Positions 41,510 through 54,647 are shown, numbered from the stretch's first letter. The stretch: DNA of 64,000 bases from Eledone cirrhosa (GCA_964016885.1 OZ024742.1:334304001-334368000), one strand, 5' to 3'. Program-made: numbers and translations. Notes: a model not told the origin generated them from the sequence alone.

Positions 41510-44500
41510 GGGAGAAGACGCACGTGGTGGATATAAGGTCGTGAAATCGCTCCCGTAAGTTTTGAATTTTTAACATATTTAAATCATTTGTGAAATAACA
41601 ACTCTTAGTACAAATGTTACGTAAAGCATCCGGCTTGAGCCCCCAAAAAATTCGGACCCAAAATATATTGTTATAAGGCTCAAATATTCAAATATTCAAC
41701 TTTGTATTGTACATTGTATATTCAAAAAAGAAAATGGCAATAAATGGAAGAAGAAGAACCCCCCCCCCCCCTCCTCTGTCTACACTATATAGAACAGCCA
41801 AACAACACCAATCTCACCAACACCAGAAACTAGATACACCACCTACCCCATCACCTCTCTGTGTACACTAAACGCAACAGCCAGATAACGGCAACTTCAC
41901 CACCACCACAACCAATCTCAACATAATAATGATAATAATAAATACTATTATTATTGTCCCAAGTTTTAACAAAATATTTAATTCCAACATTAAGGGAATT
42001 TATGTCAACACATGTACGCGACTAACCCCATAGATTCACCGAACGGACATCAGTAACGCCAACGCCATCACTACAGTCACCGCCGCCGCCACCCATCCAT
42101 CATTACTACCACTATCCCATCACCGCCGCCACCACTCCTTCATTCTACCACCGCTACAACACCATCACTACAGTAATACGATCACATCACCACCACCACT
42201 GCCTCAGTATCGACATCACCACCACCACTGCCTCAGTATCGCTACCGCCGCTATTCTCTCCTATTGTTTCCTGCTAGTTGCTGCTAGCACAGCACTGCCA
42301 CCACATTATAGAATTCCTAATAAAAAAGAGGAAGGCATCAAAATATATAGATAGACTCAAAAGAAAAAACAAAAATCAAAACCAAAGCAGCACAGCAACA
42401 ACAACAAAAAAACAGACAGAGAAAAAAAAAAAAAAAAAAACGTAAAGAAAATAAGAATGAAGAGAGAAACAAGCGGACGGACAGAGAAGAGAAGGGAAAA
42501 ACTAAGTCAGACATTCGAACACTACATTACAATGTAACTTATGCGTATTCATTTTTGGGGTTTTTTCTGTCTGTTTGTTTGTTTGTTTATTTGTGTTCGT
42601 CTACAGCGTGGTGATAATGCCACACAAGAGCCAAGTGGAGCGACGCAACCACCGGAAACGGTGAATCCACAGATGGTTATGTAACCATACATTCGCCAAT
42701 CCTCGATAAGAGTGTTTAAATATCGAACCTAAACAGTTCGAATAACGGTGAAATGGAGACTAGAACGTCATGTGACAGACTCTCACCCAACAGGTGCTCC
42801 CTGGCTCAGCAGCAGGGACCTGGCTGTCAACCAAATACTGCTGGTGTCGGAGGAAGAAGAAGGAAAGGGACCAGAACCAACTGGACGAAAGAATTGAATA
42901 GAACTGTTATGCAATGTTACCTGAAAAGTAACCCCAAGGAGAGGGGCTATAGGAGACGGATGCATAACATCTGGAACGAGATTGGTCTATTTAAATTAGA
43001 TGAACAAAAATTGGCCGGGCAGACTCGGGTAATAAGAACTAATGGGTGGATAAGCGAACTGGAACTGGAGGAACTGAGCAGAGAGATTAGCTTGGAGATG
43101 GCGGGTGGAGTATGCCAGGCAAACGAGCCAGTGGGAAATGAAGGTGAAGAGGTCGAGAGAACGGAGGAACCACCCGAAGCAGACAATGATCTGAATACTG
43201 AGATAAATAATACCTGGAACAGAGATACGGCCACTGAGGAGATGAATGCTGACGGACTAGGACAAGATTCGGTTGACATCCTAAATTTAGTGGTAGATGA
43301 ATTGAAAAATGATAGTGGGAGACCTATGAACCTAAGATTTGTAGACAGGAAAAAGTTAAAAGAAACAACAGCTAAGGTAAACAAAGTCATCCCATACCTT
43401 GAGGCGAGGAGCCTTCACCAGTGCAACAATATCCTCAAAGCAACAGCAAATACGGTGAGGAAACTACTTGGTATAAAAGCGAGAGGAAACAACAGACAAG
43501 AAAGAGCAGAGCCTTGGTGGAAGAAACGACTGAGTGGTCAAATCAGGGAAATGAGAAATGACATTGGAAAGCTTGATTCACTACTGAATAGGACACTAAG
43601 AAACATAGACACTAAAAATAGACTGGAAATAAAGTACAAAACTAGGAGGAAAAAGCTAAATATTATCATAGATGAACTGAAGCAACGCATTGTAGCAAAG
43701 AGTGCAAAAATCAGGCGATACGAGAACAGAGTCAGTCAGTATAAACAGAACCGCATGTTCGACAACAACCAGAAGATGCTGTTTGGACAGCTTGAGGGGA
43801 AAGAAAGAGGAAACGACCTGATCCCTGAGGCGGAACAAACTAAAACATTCTGGAGAGGAATATGGGAGCAGGATGTTAGACATAATGACCAGGCAGTGTG
43901 GATTGAAACAGTACAGAGGGAGATCGGTGAGCAGGCACACCAACAAACTGATTTGAGTATCACAGTTGAACCTCTTAAGGGGCAGGCCAAAAAACTAACC
44001 AACTGGAAATCACCAGGCCCAGATGGTGTGCAGGGGTATTGGATTAAAAATATAACATCCCTCCACCCGAAACTGACAACCATGTTCAATGACTGATTGA
44101 TGTCAGGTGAGGTACCACAGTGGTTGACAAAATGTACTACAGTTCTGATAATGAAAGACCGAATCAAGGGTAATGATGTTACCAACTATAGACCTATCAC
44201 ATGTCTGTCCGTAATGTGGAAACTGTTGACTAGCATTGTGTCTGAGGAAATCTACTATCACCTCCACACAAACAACTTGTTACCGGACGAACAGAAAGGA
44301 TGCCGAAAGAAGTCACGTGGTACAAGGGACCAGTTACTTATTGATAAGATGGTAATGGGGAATTGCAGGAGGAGACACACTAATCTTGCCATGGGATGGA
44401 TAGACTACAGAAAGGCATTTGACATGATGCCTCATTCTTGGATCACCAAAAGCCTGGAGATCTTCAAGGAGGCAGATAACATCAGACAGTTGTTGGGCAA

Positions 44501-45774
44501 GAGTATGAGGTCCTGGGAAACAGAGTTGACATCAACTAGAGAATCCTTGGGAAGCGTGAAGATCAAGAGAGGTATCTTCCAGGGAGATAGCCTGTCCCCT
44601 CTGTTGTTTGTCCTTGCCCTGATGCCCCTGACCAGTGTACTGCGAAAAGTGAGAGCAGGATACAGGTTGGGAAAGGGAGGGCTTACCATCAATCACCTCC
44701 TCTTCATCGACGATCTTAAGCTCTTCGGGAAGAGTGAGAAGGAGTTGGATGTGCTTGTTGACACTATCCGTATTTTCAGCAATGATATATGTATGCAATT
44801 TGGTATTAGTAAATGTGGAGTCATTGTGATGAAGAGGGGTAAGTTGAGCAGAACTAACGGAATCCAGGTACCAACAGGTGAGATGATAAAGGAAATTGAC
44901 TCTGAAGAAGGATACAAGTATTTGGGCGTTCTGGAGGCTGATGGCATAAAGAACAAAAAAAATGAAGGAATTTTTAAGAACTGAATACATTCGGAGAGTA
45001 AGGAGCGTATTGAAGTCACATCTGAACAGTAGAAATGCCATAAGCGCAGTAAATTCCCGAGCTGTGTCTATTATTAGGTACAGTGCGGGAATTCTGAGAT
45101 GGAATGTTGCTGAACAAAAAGAAATGGATAGGAAGACTAGTAAGCTATTGACTATCTACAACATGTTCCACAAGAGGAGTGATGTCGATAGACTCTACCT
45201 AAGGAGATCTGAGGGTGGAAGAGGTCTTATCAGCATAGAGGACTGTGTTCAGATGGAGAAAAACAACCTACACAAATACGTGACTGATAGTAAGGAGCCA
45301 ATGCTCAGAACTGTACTGAAGGAGGGGACAATAGGCCAGGGGATGTCCAAGGAGGAAATAACATCAAGCAGAAAGAGCAGCCTTCAGGAAAAATCCCTTC
45401 ATAGTACCTTCTTTGAGAAAACTGAATTTAGAGATCCACAGACATGGAACTGGTTGAGAAGAGGAGACCTTAAAAAGGCTACAGAAGGAATGTTGATACC
45501 AGGACCTAAAGTGGGAGGTGAAAAGGATTTGGAACTGCCATGAAGTCGAAGTGATCCCGATTGTCATAAGCGCACTGGAGACTATCTCCAAAAGTTTCCA
45601 GGGATGGTTAAAGAAAATTGGCCCCTTCGCGCTTTTTGGAACGCTTCAAAAGGCATGCTTGCTGGGAACAGCAAGAACCCTCCGATACGTCCTGAATATC
45701 TGAGGCTGCAGGTAGTTAACTAACATCAATGACTGAGATTCCAGTTAACTAACATCAATGACTGAGATTCAAGG
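41510..45774 (+). mobile_element. R4/Dong-clade element, copy 2
   Basis: Homologous to copy 1 from leader to 3' end; (TAA)n both sides; duplicated 3'-terminal agttaactaacatcaatgactgagattc. Confidence 0.88.
42753..45703 (+). pseudogene. Dong polyprotein copy 2 (nonsense, frameshift, internal deletion)
   Basis: TGC>TGA at 44094-44096, extra A near 44955, FIDD for FMDD, and a ~440-bp deletion at ~45495 removing the CCHC and most of the RLE. Confidence 0.9.
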
Positions 45775-45816
45775 AATAATAATAATAAGAATAATAATAA
45801 TAATAATAATAATAAT

Positions 45817-47040
45817 CAGTAAGTAAAATGCTCAATGAAACAAAACATGGATATAGAGTCTATGACAAAACCATTAATCACTTGTTCTACATGGATGACC
45901 TGAAACTATTTGCAAAAAATGATGAACAATCGCAAAGGCTATTATCCACTGTGGAGCAGTTCAGTGATGACATTAAAATGGAGTTTGGACTAGATAAATG
46001 CGCCAAAGCAACGTTCACCAGAGGAAAGCTGCTGAAGAGTTCAGACATTAATCTTGATCGGGGGAACATGGTAAGAGAATTTGATCAAGAAAAAACTTAC
46101 AAATATCTAGGTGTTTGTGAAGGAGACGGAATCAAGCACTCGACAATGAGGGAAAGGATAAGGAAGGAATGTTACCGCAGAGTAAGAGCAATCTTAAGAA
46201 CGGAATTGAATGCAAGGAATAGGATCGATGCCATAAACACGCTGGCCATACCAGTAGTAACCTACAGTTACAATGTCATCAACTGGTCAAGCACAGAATA
46301 TATCTCCCTAGGAAAGAAGGAGGACGTGGGTTAGTCCAGTTAGACATTGCGTTGAAAACTGCAACAATTGGATTATCTACATATCTAAGGGAATCACATG
46401 ATTGGATGATCAAACTCGTTTTGAAACACGAAAGCATCAAAAGATCATATTCCATTACAAAAGATGCACAAAGATACAGTAATGGACTACAAATTTCAGA
46501 TGTCCCATTTACTGCTGAAATGGAAAACACAATTTACCACATTCTGAGAAATGGTATGAGCATAAGCCAGAGGCGGTGATGGAAAACGATCAGCTGAAGG
46601 TGATGTGGGATTTTAGGATACAGACGGACAAGAAACTGGAACACAATAGACCTGACCTGGTGGTTTTGGACAAAGAAAAAAGATCGTGCCTGATTGTGGA
46701 TGTGGCCTGCCCATTCGAGACGAGAGTGCAAGAGAAGGAGAGAGAGAAAATTAACCGATACCATGACTTAATGTGGGAGGTAAAAAGGATATGGAACTGC
46801 CATGAAGTCAAAGTGATCCCGATTGTCATAGGGGCGCACTAGGGACTATATCAAAAAGTCTCCAGGGATGGTTAAAGAAAATTGGCCCCTTCACGCTTTT
46901 TGGAACGCTTCAAAAGGCATGCTTGCTGGGAACAGCAAGAACCCTCCGATACATCCTGAATATCTGAGGCTGCAGGTAGTGGCTTGATATTCATTCCAAC
47001 AAACTTTCCAGTTAACTAACATCAATGACTGAGACTCAAA
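45817..47040 (+). mobile_element. Chimeric Dong fragment: RT C-terminus of a different subfamily fused to RLE/3' end of the copy-1/2 family
   Basis: 45828-46530 encodes HLFYMDDLKLFAK..YKYLGVCEGDG (divergent); from ~46530 it closely matches 40970-41478; (TAA)n both sides. Confidence 0.82.
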
Positions 47041-47050
47041 GAGTAATAAC

Positions 47051-47110
<60 letters not shown>

Positions 47111-47221
47111 CAAGGAAAAGCAAATAAAGGAAACATTTTTTTTCAAAAACTTCACTGTACTTACTATATGTGCCTTTACCGCGCTTTCATATCCCGATAA
47201 TCCAATATATATATTATATAA

Positions 47222-47316
<95 letters not shown>

Positions 47317-47318
47317 CA

Positions 47319-47360
<42 letters not shown>

Positions 47361-47423
47361 CATAAATAAATATATACATATATATATATATATTTTTATA
47401 TTTATGTATATATATTTATGTAT

Positions 47424-47706
47424 CTAATTTATGCCATTAAACGTAAAGGATGCAATGAAGATTATATAGGAAAAACTAAACTCACACTCAGAAACAGAAT
47501 GACAGTTCATCGCCAACAACTACGAGATCCAACCACGAGACAGATACCACTAAGCGCACATCTAAGACATATGCGCAAGTAATAAGACACCCAAATTCAA
47601 AGTCTTCCCATTTTATCTTTGCACTGACGATACAACAGAACAAATACGAATAAAAAAGGAAAATATGTTTATTGAAAAATATAGAACAGCATTAAATATA
47701 GTTTAA
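47424..47706 (+). pseudogene. GIY-YIG endonuclease C-terminal fragment (canonical Penelope/Neptune-type); not in the ORF track
   Basis: [41 protein letters not shown](fs)..FKVFPFY..RIKKENMFIEKYRTALN*. Confidence 0.8.
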
Positions 47707-48286
47707 TATACATTATGTTAACACCATAACATGCTAACCATCCAGATAGACACATACATACACACACACATAACACCTTCTACTAAACCAGAACTAAATA
47801 AACCTTAACATACGTTAATACTGTAACACTTTATCATGCTAAAAAACACACGCACACATAACTCCCTCCCCCAGTTCTACTAACGGAATCATTTTCCTAC
47901 ACATACACACACACACACACACCTAACACCCATACACACACATATAACACACACACACACACACACACTAGCACACAAATAAACATACATATCTCTACTT
48001 TCTTTATTTCAATAGAAAGTCTGAATTGTGACACCCCAGCGCACCAGCCATATTCACTGAACTAGAACAATTCTCCCCATCCTATTTTTCTTGACCATTA
48101 TCTTTTGTTTGGCACAAAATCTCTAAAAGCCTACAAAATAAATTCCTAAATACGGGCGCCAAATTTAATGTACTTGTTCACATGACAGTCATAATTTGAT
48201 TTAAAACCAATCAAATTACATTTCAGCACATCAGTCATACTCAGAACAACTCTCTTTATCCCTTTTTCTTCACCATTATCTTTGGT

Positions 48287-48469
48287 TTGGCGGTGGATTG
48301 GGTAGGGGGTCGGTGCCATGCTTTGCAGCAAAGAGTTACGGCCCTTTATGGTCTTAGTTAAAATCCTGCTGAGGTTAACTTTGCCATTCATCCTTACGGG
48401 GTCGATAAAATAAAGTACCAGTAAAACACTGGGATAATTGCTGGCCTTGTGCCAAAAGTAGAAACAATC
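48287..48469 (+). mobile_element. Meta-domain tRNA-SINE inserted in a ~190-bp tandem repeat
   Basis: Flanked by atctttggtttgg / atctttttgtttgg (TSD-like). Confidence 0.85.
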
Positions 48470-49112
48470 ATCTTTTTGTTTGGTACAATCTTCTCTAAAT
48501 GGCTATATAAAAAATTCCAAAATACGGGCACAAAATGTAATGTACTTGTTCACGTGACAGTCATAATTTCATTTAGAACCAATCAAATTACATTTATTTT
48601 AAAAAAAGCCTTCGTGAGCCACTTTTTTTAAAAGTAAAATGTAATTGAAACACAAACTGGCGTGAGAGCTGATGTGCTTATTCACGTGTCTGCATCAACC
48701 AACCAAACATCACTCATATACGACGAAAAAACAACCTGAGCCCCCCCCCCCCCCATTGTTTTAAGAACTCTGTAACGCGAACTGGCGCGAAATTTATAAT
48801 ACTTATTCACCAACCAACCAAATTACTTCTATAAAAACCTGGCATTTCGACCCACTTTTTTCCATATAAAACAGAAGTAACATTCAAAGACCAACCAGAT
48901 GTGAGAAAAACTACAAACTCTTCATCTCAATTCTACTTTTGAAAAGCAGAAGAACTGCGAAACCATAAAGGAACCAAATAAATGTATATATATATTTTAA
49001 AAAAAAACTCCAGTTGCATTTTCGATTTCATCTCTTTTCCTTATACTTTCACTCGTGTAGAACACCTTGGTTATTTTTCATTTTGGAAAAAAAAAACACT
49101 TTCTAATATATA

Positions 49113-49169
<57 letters not shown>

Positions 49170-49629
49170 ATGGAGCCGTGTGTGTGTGTGTATACGTGTC
49201 AGTGATTCTGTATGCGTATTTGTATGAGTGATGTTATATAATTACACATGGGAACGGATATATACAAATAGGATATATATGGCTTAAATGTGTTACGTAG
49301 CCGAGCGTTAACCAATTAATCATATAAAAGAAAATATGCGGAAACAATCTAAATTACCTGAACATGAATTTTGTTTGTATTTTTCAGCATTTCTCTGTGC
49401 AGGTGTCAGGCTAATTCATTTATTTTTTTTGCATTTTCAGCGCCTGTAGATATTATTTTAAACACGCACACATACAGTCACACACCTACACACATCTATA
49501 TATGATTTTACATATACATATATATACATAACATAGATTTATATATACATATTTATATACAGTTATACATGCATATACTTATACATATATCTATATATAT
49601 ATACATATATGTTTGTATATATATATAGA

Positions 49630-50757
49630 TATAACCAACAAAGGCGACGGCCTACTACCAACGCCTTCCAACCAACATCTTCGTGTACATAAACATGGAA
49701 GAGGTAGAAAGAGTGCACCCGAGCATAAAGTGAAAGGGGCACCGAACGGGCGACAGCGCATTAACACACATAAGAGCGATCACTTAGATGGAACCACCCG
49801 TAGCAAAAGTACAAGGACACGTAATCGCTACCGTAACGTCCTATGGTTCCACCACCCCCCTACTCTCGGAGTGTGGCCTCCAACCTACCCCGGATATTCT
49901 TCGAAGCCTTAGAGAAGAACTTCCCGCCCAACCATAGGTATAGAAAAATTCTTAATAGGAACAATATAAAACTATCCTTCTCTACTACCCCTAACCTAGC
50001 AGACATCATAGGAACAACGAACCACAGTAAGATCACCAAGACACAGCACCTCGACACAGACGCACCTACACCTGACAATAACTATATCGGCCTTAACAAC
50101 TGCCTACCAGCATCCAATACTGCTGGCAACGGCCTCCGCAGACGCAACCAGCATAACCGCGAAATGACTGGGGAACATGCAGAACATGACGTGCGGAATA
50201 ACAATCGCACCGCCCCGCGTGCTGTGGGTTGTAATGGTGCTAATGACAGCTGCGGGAGCGTAGGTAACAACGTAGGCAGCAACAATGATAGCCTTACCGT
50301 GGGAAATAGACGGAACCGCGACAGAAATTGCAACTGCCGCGACAGAGGACGCTGCCCCCTTAGAGGATACTGCATGACTGATATGGTTATATATAGATGC
50401 ACTGTAACTAGCCACAATAGCGTTAAACATTATATAGGGGCCACCTCCGGCCCGTTCAAAATTAGGTTTCGAACACATCTCCACTCTTTCACAAATAGAA
50501 AACTAAGACACTCCACTTCGCTCGCGGACTACATCACATCACTAAAGGACTCAAACATCAGCTTCTCCACGCACTGGGAGATTGTCGGCAGGGCTGCACC
50601 GTACAACTTCAAGAGGAAATGCGATATTTGCCTCATGGAGCTCTACCACATCATAACTGCACCCCACGAGCTCATCAACAGCAGAGCTGAAACAGCGATA
50701 AGTTGTACACATCGCTTAAAAATTTCCTTCTTTAGATGGGTTAAGGATGAAGAGTGA
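49630..50757 (+). pseudogene. PLE C-terminal region with GIY-YIG endonuclease (frameshift near 49850)
   Basis: RNVLWF(fs)PPYS..FPPNHRYRKILNRNNIKLSFS..CNCR..CPL..VIYRCTV..YIGAT..FKIR..H..CDICLME..CTHR. Confidence 0.88.
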
Positions 50758-51053
50758 AATAGTACACTGGATCTCCCTGCAACAAGTCTTAACACCCCGG
50801 CGGGCAGGCGCTGCAAAATAACACCCAGAAAACAATCCTTGCATACCAGACCCAGCCTCAGACAAACGGATGCGGCAAAAAAAACCAAAAAAAAAACCAA
50901 TTATCCGGTAAAGACTGCCCTAACACCGGCCAGAGTTACCTCCCTTGACCTGCTGCAAAATCAAAACAAGATATTTTTGCGAGCAATGAATCTTGATGTA
51001 GATTTAACCCCCAAAACTCTTTCCGAACTATATATGGAACACTTGTGATTATT

Positions 51054-51098
51054 TATGCCCTTGAGAAGCCCAACTGGGCGAAACGTACGTAGGTGATA
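51054..51098 (+). ncRNA. Minimal hammerhead with U3:A8 core
   Basis: cc-TTGAGAA-gccc aact gggc-GAAA-cgtacg-TA-gg; palindromic stem III (acgtacgt); stem I weak; aataaa at ~51104. Confidence 0.7.
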
Positions 51099-51317
51099 TT
51101 TTAAATAAACATGTTTTAACGGTCTATTCTCCGATTTGTTTACTTTCCCACGTGATTACGCTCTGCTAACTCTCTAGCCCACTAAATATTAACACTTCGA
51201 ATATTTAATACTGCCGGCACTAGTATCGAGCACCTTTGGCATACGCTACTTGGCAAATAACTATATGTATCACCTATCCCTCCTTTTTGTCTCTTTCTCG
51301 ATACGTAAATACTATAT

Positions 51318-51382
<65 letters not shown>

Positions 51383-51428
51383 CATACATATATCTATATA
51401 CACATATATTCGTGCGTATACACATATT

Positions 51429-51459
<31 letters not shown>

Positions 51460-51479
51460 TTCCATATATACAATAAATA

Positions 51480-51573
<94 letters not shown>

Positions 51574-51805
51574 GATATAAATAAAAAGATTGGTAGATAG
51601 ATATAGATATATTTATATATACATAGATACATAGATTAACATTTTGAAAGTAAGGGAGACATGGCTAGAAATATAAAAAAATTGATTCGCTATTCCAAAC
51701 ACTATTGGACGTATATACTCATATATTAATTATCCCATTTTGTATATATATACGAAAAGGCACGATTACACATACATTAAAATACACACACACATTCGAA
51801 TATGA

Positions 51806-51896
<91 letters not shown>

Positions 51897-53330
51897 ATTA
51901 AATATTAACAATATGCTATGCCTTCCTCAGACAAAATACAATAATATAAACAGTTTTATAGATAAATAGATTCGACATACCGTTATAACACCGACTTGCA
52001 TTTGAAGAGGTTAAGCTGGCAGTGAAAAAATTTTATACAGAGAGAAAGAGAGGGAGAAAAAAGAAAGACAGAAAACGAAGAAAAGGAAGAAAAAGAAGAA
52101 ATGCATGGAACAAAATATAGAGATGGAAAGATAGATAAAGAGAAGAACTTCATGTAAAGAAACAGAAAGAGATATATATATAGAGAGAGAGAGGAAATAG
52201 AGATAGATACATATATATATAGAAAATTAGGTAGTGGGAGGTCATTTTGAGTAAATGTATCAATGATACATTTATTTATTTATTTATTTATTTAGCTCTA
52301 GTATTAATGTAAGGGAGATATATAGAGAGAGAAAAAATATATATATAGAGAGAGAAAAAATAGCGAGAGAAAAAATTTAAAAATAGCCAGATATATTCGA
52401 GGCGTAAAAACCCTATGTTTTAATGTATTAGAATTCATAAAACTTCCACTATATTGTAAATATCAGTATTCCTGAATGAGACAAGTATCCATAGTGTGTG
52501 AAAATTAATTATCTTATGTTTAGTTTTTTAAAAAAATTCATATGTTTATGTTATAGCTACAAACATCCATGTGAATCCACATTATCAACTCTGCAAACTC
52601 TAAGTTCACGGAAAACATTCTCAATGTGGTATAAAAATTTGAGTATACATATATGTGTATTATTATTCCTGTCTTTACTCTACAAGATTATCTATCAAGC
52701 AGAAATAGAGAGCAGATTTCAATATACTAATAAAAATATATATCAGAAACAAAACTAAAAATAAAAAGATAACAATAATAATAATAATAAGTAATAATAA
52801 AATAGAAAACTAAAAAAATATTACAAAAGAATATTACATATTAAAAATATTCGATACTAAAAAATTGTACGTATTAAAAAATAGTACGTATTAAAAAATT
52901 TACATATTAAAGATATTAAAAATAAAAATAAAAAATATTATAAAATACTACAATAATAAAAAATAAAAATAAACCACAAAGATCAACCCTTCAAAATTAA
53001 TTGACAATATATTGCCAAGTTCATTATAAGACAAAGCCAAAAATTATCTATCAAATCACATCTAGCAAAGATCATTTCAAAAAGTTTATGATGTCCAATT
53101 TGGTCTACATGTGTTCTTATATTTAATATAGAAGTTTATCTAGTGTAAGGTTTATTCAAAATATTTGGAGCATCAGCTTTTAGGGTAGCTTAATTTTTCA
53201 TGGGGAATGTTTAAATAAAAATAAAATAAAAATAAACAATAAAAAAAGAATAAAAAGAAGGAATCAAAAATTTAGGAATCAAAAATTTATCGGCTAGTTT
53301 CCCATATAAATATAAATCAAACTAAATATA

Positions 53331-53998
53331 CTACATTTTAAATTTAAATTTATATTTAAACGTTGAGTTTAATCTATGTTTGCAACAACTGAATAAATTT
53401 GTCCGTAGGTTAAGGGAATTTTTAGATTTTAGTATAAAGAATATCTCCTCTGCGCAGAGTTCACATGTCTCAGAGGATGAATTAAAAGGAATCCCTCTTG
53501 AGACTATATTCCAAGCCGTCGAATATCTAACGTTATCTAGCTTAAGTTGCCAGAGTACGCCTGATAGTGCCATTGAAGATTTTTTACTTGGATCTGTGAA
53601 AGAATTCTTGTGGTTATTATAGCGAAGTTTAAATTCCGTCGATGTGGAACCGACGTAGTTAAAAGAATTAGAGTCAGTATTAACATTACAATTGTATACT
53701 ATATTTTTAACTAAGCAGTTGTTATTTAACGGACATTTAGATCTATCTCTACAGTTACATTTGTTAACTTGTATATTATTTATGCTATTATCACTAGGTT
53801 TTAATTTCCTATTATTTATTCTATTAATATTTTGTGCTAAATTTTTGGTGGATGAGTAGGTTAATTTAATTGTATGCCTATTGAAAATTGAGTGATACCT
53901 ATGTGTTCTAGGGAAGCGATTATCAAGAGCTTTGAAAAATAATTTAGCGATGTGGGTTTTAATGTTTAGTGAGAAGGGGGGGGGGGGGCAAACCAATT
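53331..53998 (-). pseudogene. PLE GIY-YIG endonuclease region (Naiad-like)
   Basis: PPFSLNIKT..FPRTHRYHSIFNRHTIKLTYS..CNCR..CPL..IVYNCNV..YVGST..FKLRYNNH..CELCAEE..CKHR. The ORF-track N-terminus comes from the inverted pLTR. Confidence 0.88.
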
Positions 53999-54129
53999 TT
54001 TCTCTCTTTTTTCTCTCTTTCTTTCTCTCTGTATAAAATTTTTTCACTGCCAGCTTAACCTCTTCAAATGCAAGTCGGTGTTATAACGGTATGTCGAATC
54101 TATTTATCTATAAAACTGTTTATATTGTA

Positions 54130-54191
54130 TTTTGTCTGAGGAAGGCATAGCATATTGTTAATATGATATCCCTGAAATATATATAATGAAA
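54130..54191 (+). ncRNA. Hammerhead ribozyme in inverted pLTR
   Basis: ttttgt-CTGAGGA-agg catagcatatt gtt aatatgatatc cct-GAAA-tatata-TA-atgaaa, overlapping aataaa; stem I includes G-U pairs. Confidence 0.72.
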
Positions 54192-54321
54192 TAAATATGG
54201 TTTTATAAATATAGTTTCCATTTATTTAATATTGTAAATATACTCCAAATATTTGTCGAGTGCTTTTATATCAGTTATAAATATTTACTAGTTGTAACCC
54301 AACAATTTTAAATATTACTTT

Positions 54322-54378
<57 letters not shown>

Positions 54379-54381
<3 letters not shown>

Positions 54382-54480
54382 GGTTTAAGAACCCTCAGAG
54401 AAATGGAAAAAGATGAGTATTGACGTACATGTACGTCAATACTCATCTTTTTGCATTTCTCCGAGGGTTCTTAACCCCAC
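54379..54480. repeat. ~100-bp near-perfect spacerless palindrome
   Basis: gtgggtttaagaaccctc..gagtattgacgtaca|tgtacgtcaatactc..gagggttcttaaccccac. Confidence 0.92.
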
Positions 54481-54593
54481 TATCATATATGATTCCAGTT
54501 CCTCAGTGAAATAACCACCCAACCAAGAACTGATTATTGACAAAGTTATACACCTCAACAACATGTGTACCCGTCTCTATCACACTAATTCGG

Positions 54594-54647
54594 ACTGCCT
54601 GAAGAGGTCACAGCCAAACATGGCTGTCACGAAATATATATAGCAGT
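54594..54647 (+). ncRNA. Minimal hammerhead ribozyme in solo pLTR (54485-54757)
   Basis: actgc-CTGAAGA-ggtcacagcca aaca tggctgtcac-GAAA-tatata-TA-gcagt-aataaa. Confidence 0.85.

Larger units (their letters stand above)
47424..49106 (+). mobile_element. 5'-truncated Penelope-like element ending in pLTR with U3:A8 hammerhead (48936-48971)
   Basis: GIY-YIG remnant at the 5' end, pLTR 48900-49106 at the 3' end, (TA)n both sides, SINE inserted. Continuity of the middle part is inferred. Confidence 0.7.
49630..51312 (+). mobile_element. 5'-truncated Penelope-like element (Naiad-like)
   Basis: Linker + GIY-YIG ORF, 3' UTR with HHR and aataaa; TA-rich flanks. Confidence 0.85.
51893..54323 (-). mobile_element. 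5'-truncated Penelope-like element with inverted pLTR
   Basis: 51902-52050 is the reverse complement of ~54010-54164; the + arm extends to a complete HHR, aataaa and tail; (TA)n flanks. Confidence 0.87.

Noticed and set aside
41510-41556. Possible HDV-like ribozyme at the Dong 5' end (gggag..ctccc)
   Set aside because: Cannot build the nested P1/P1.1/P2/P3 pseudoknot, and the pairing is not kept in copy 1.
38214-46829. Minus-strand ORFs overlapping the Dong elements
   Set aside because: Antisense shadows of the RT ORF; no motifs.
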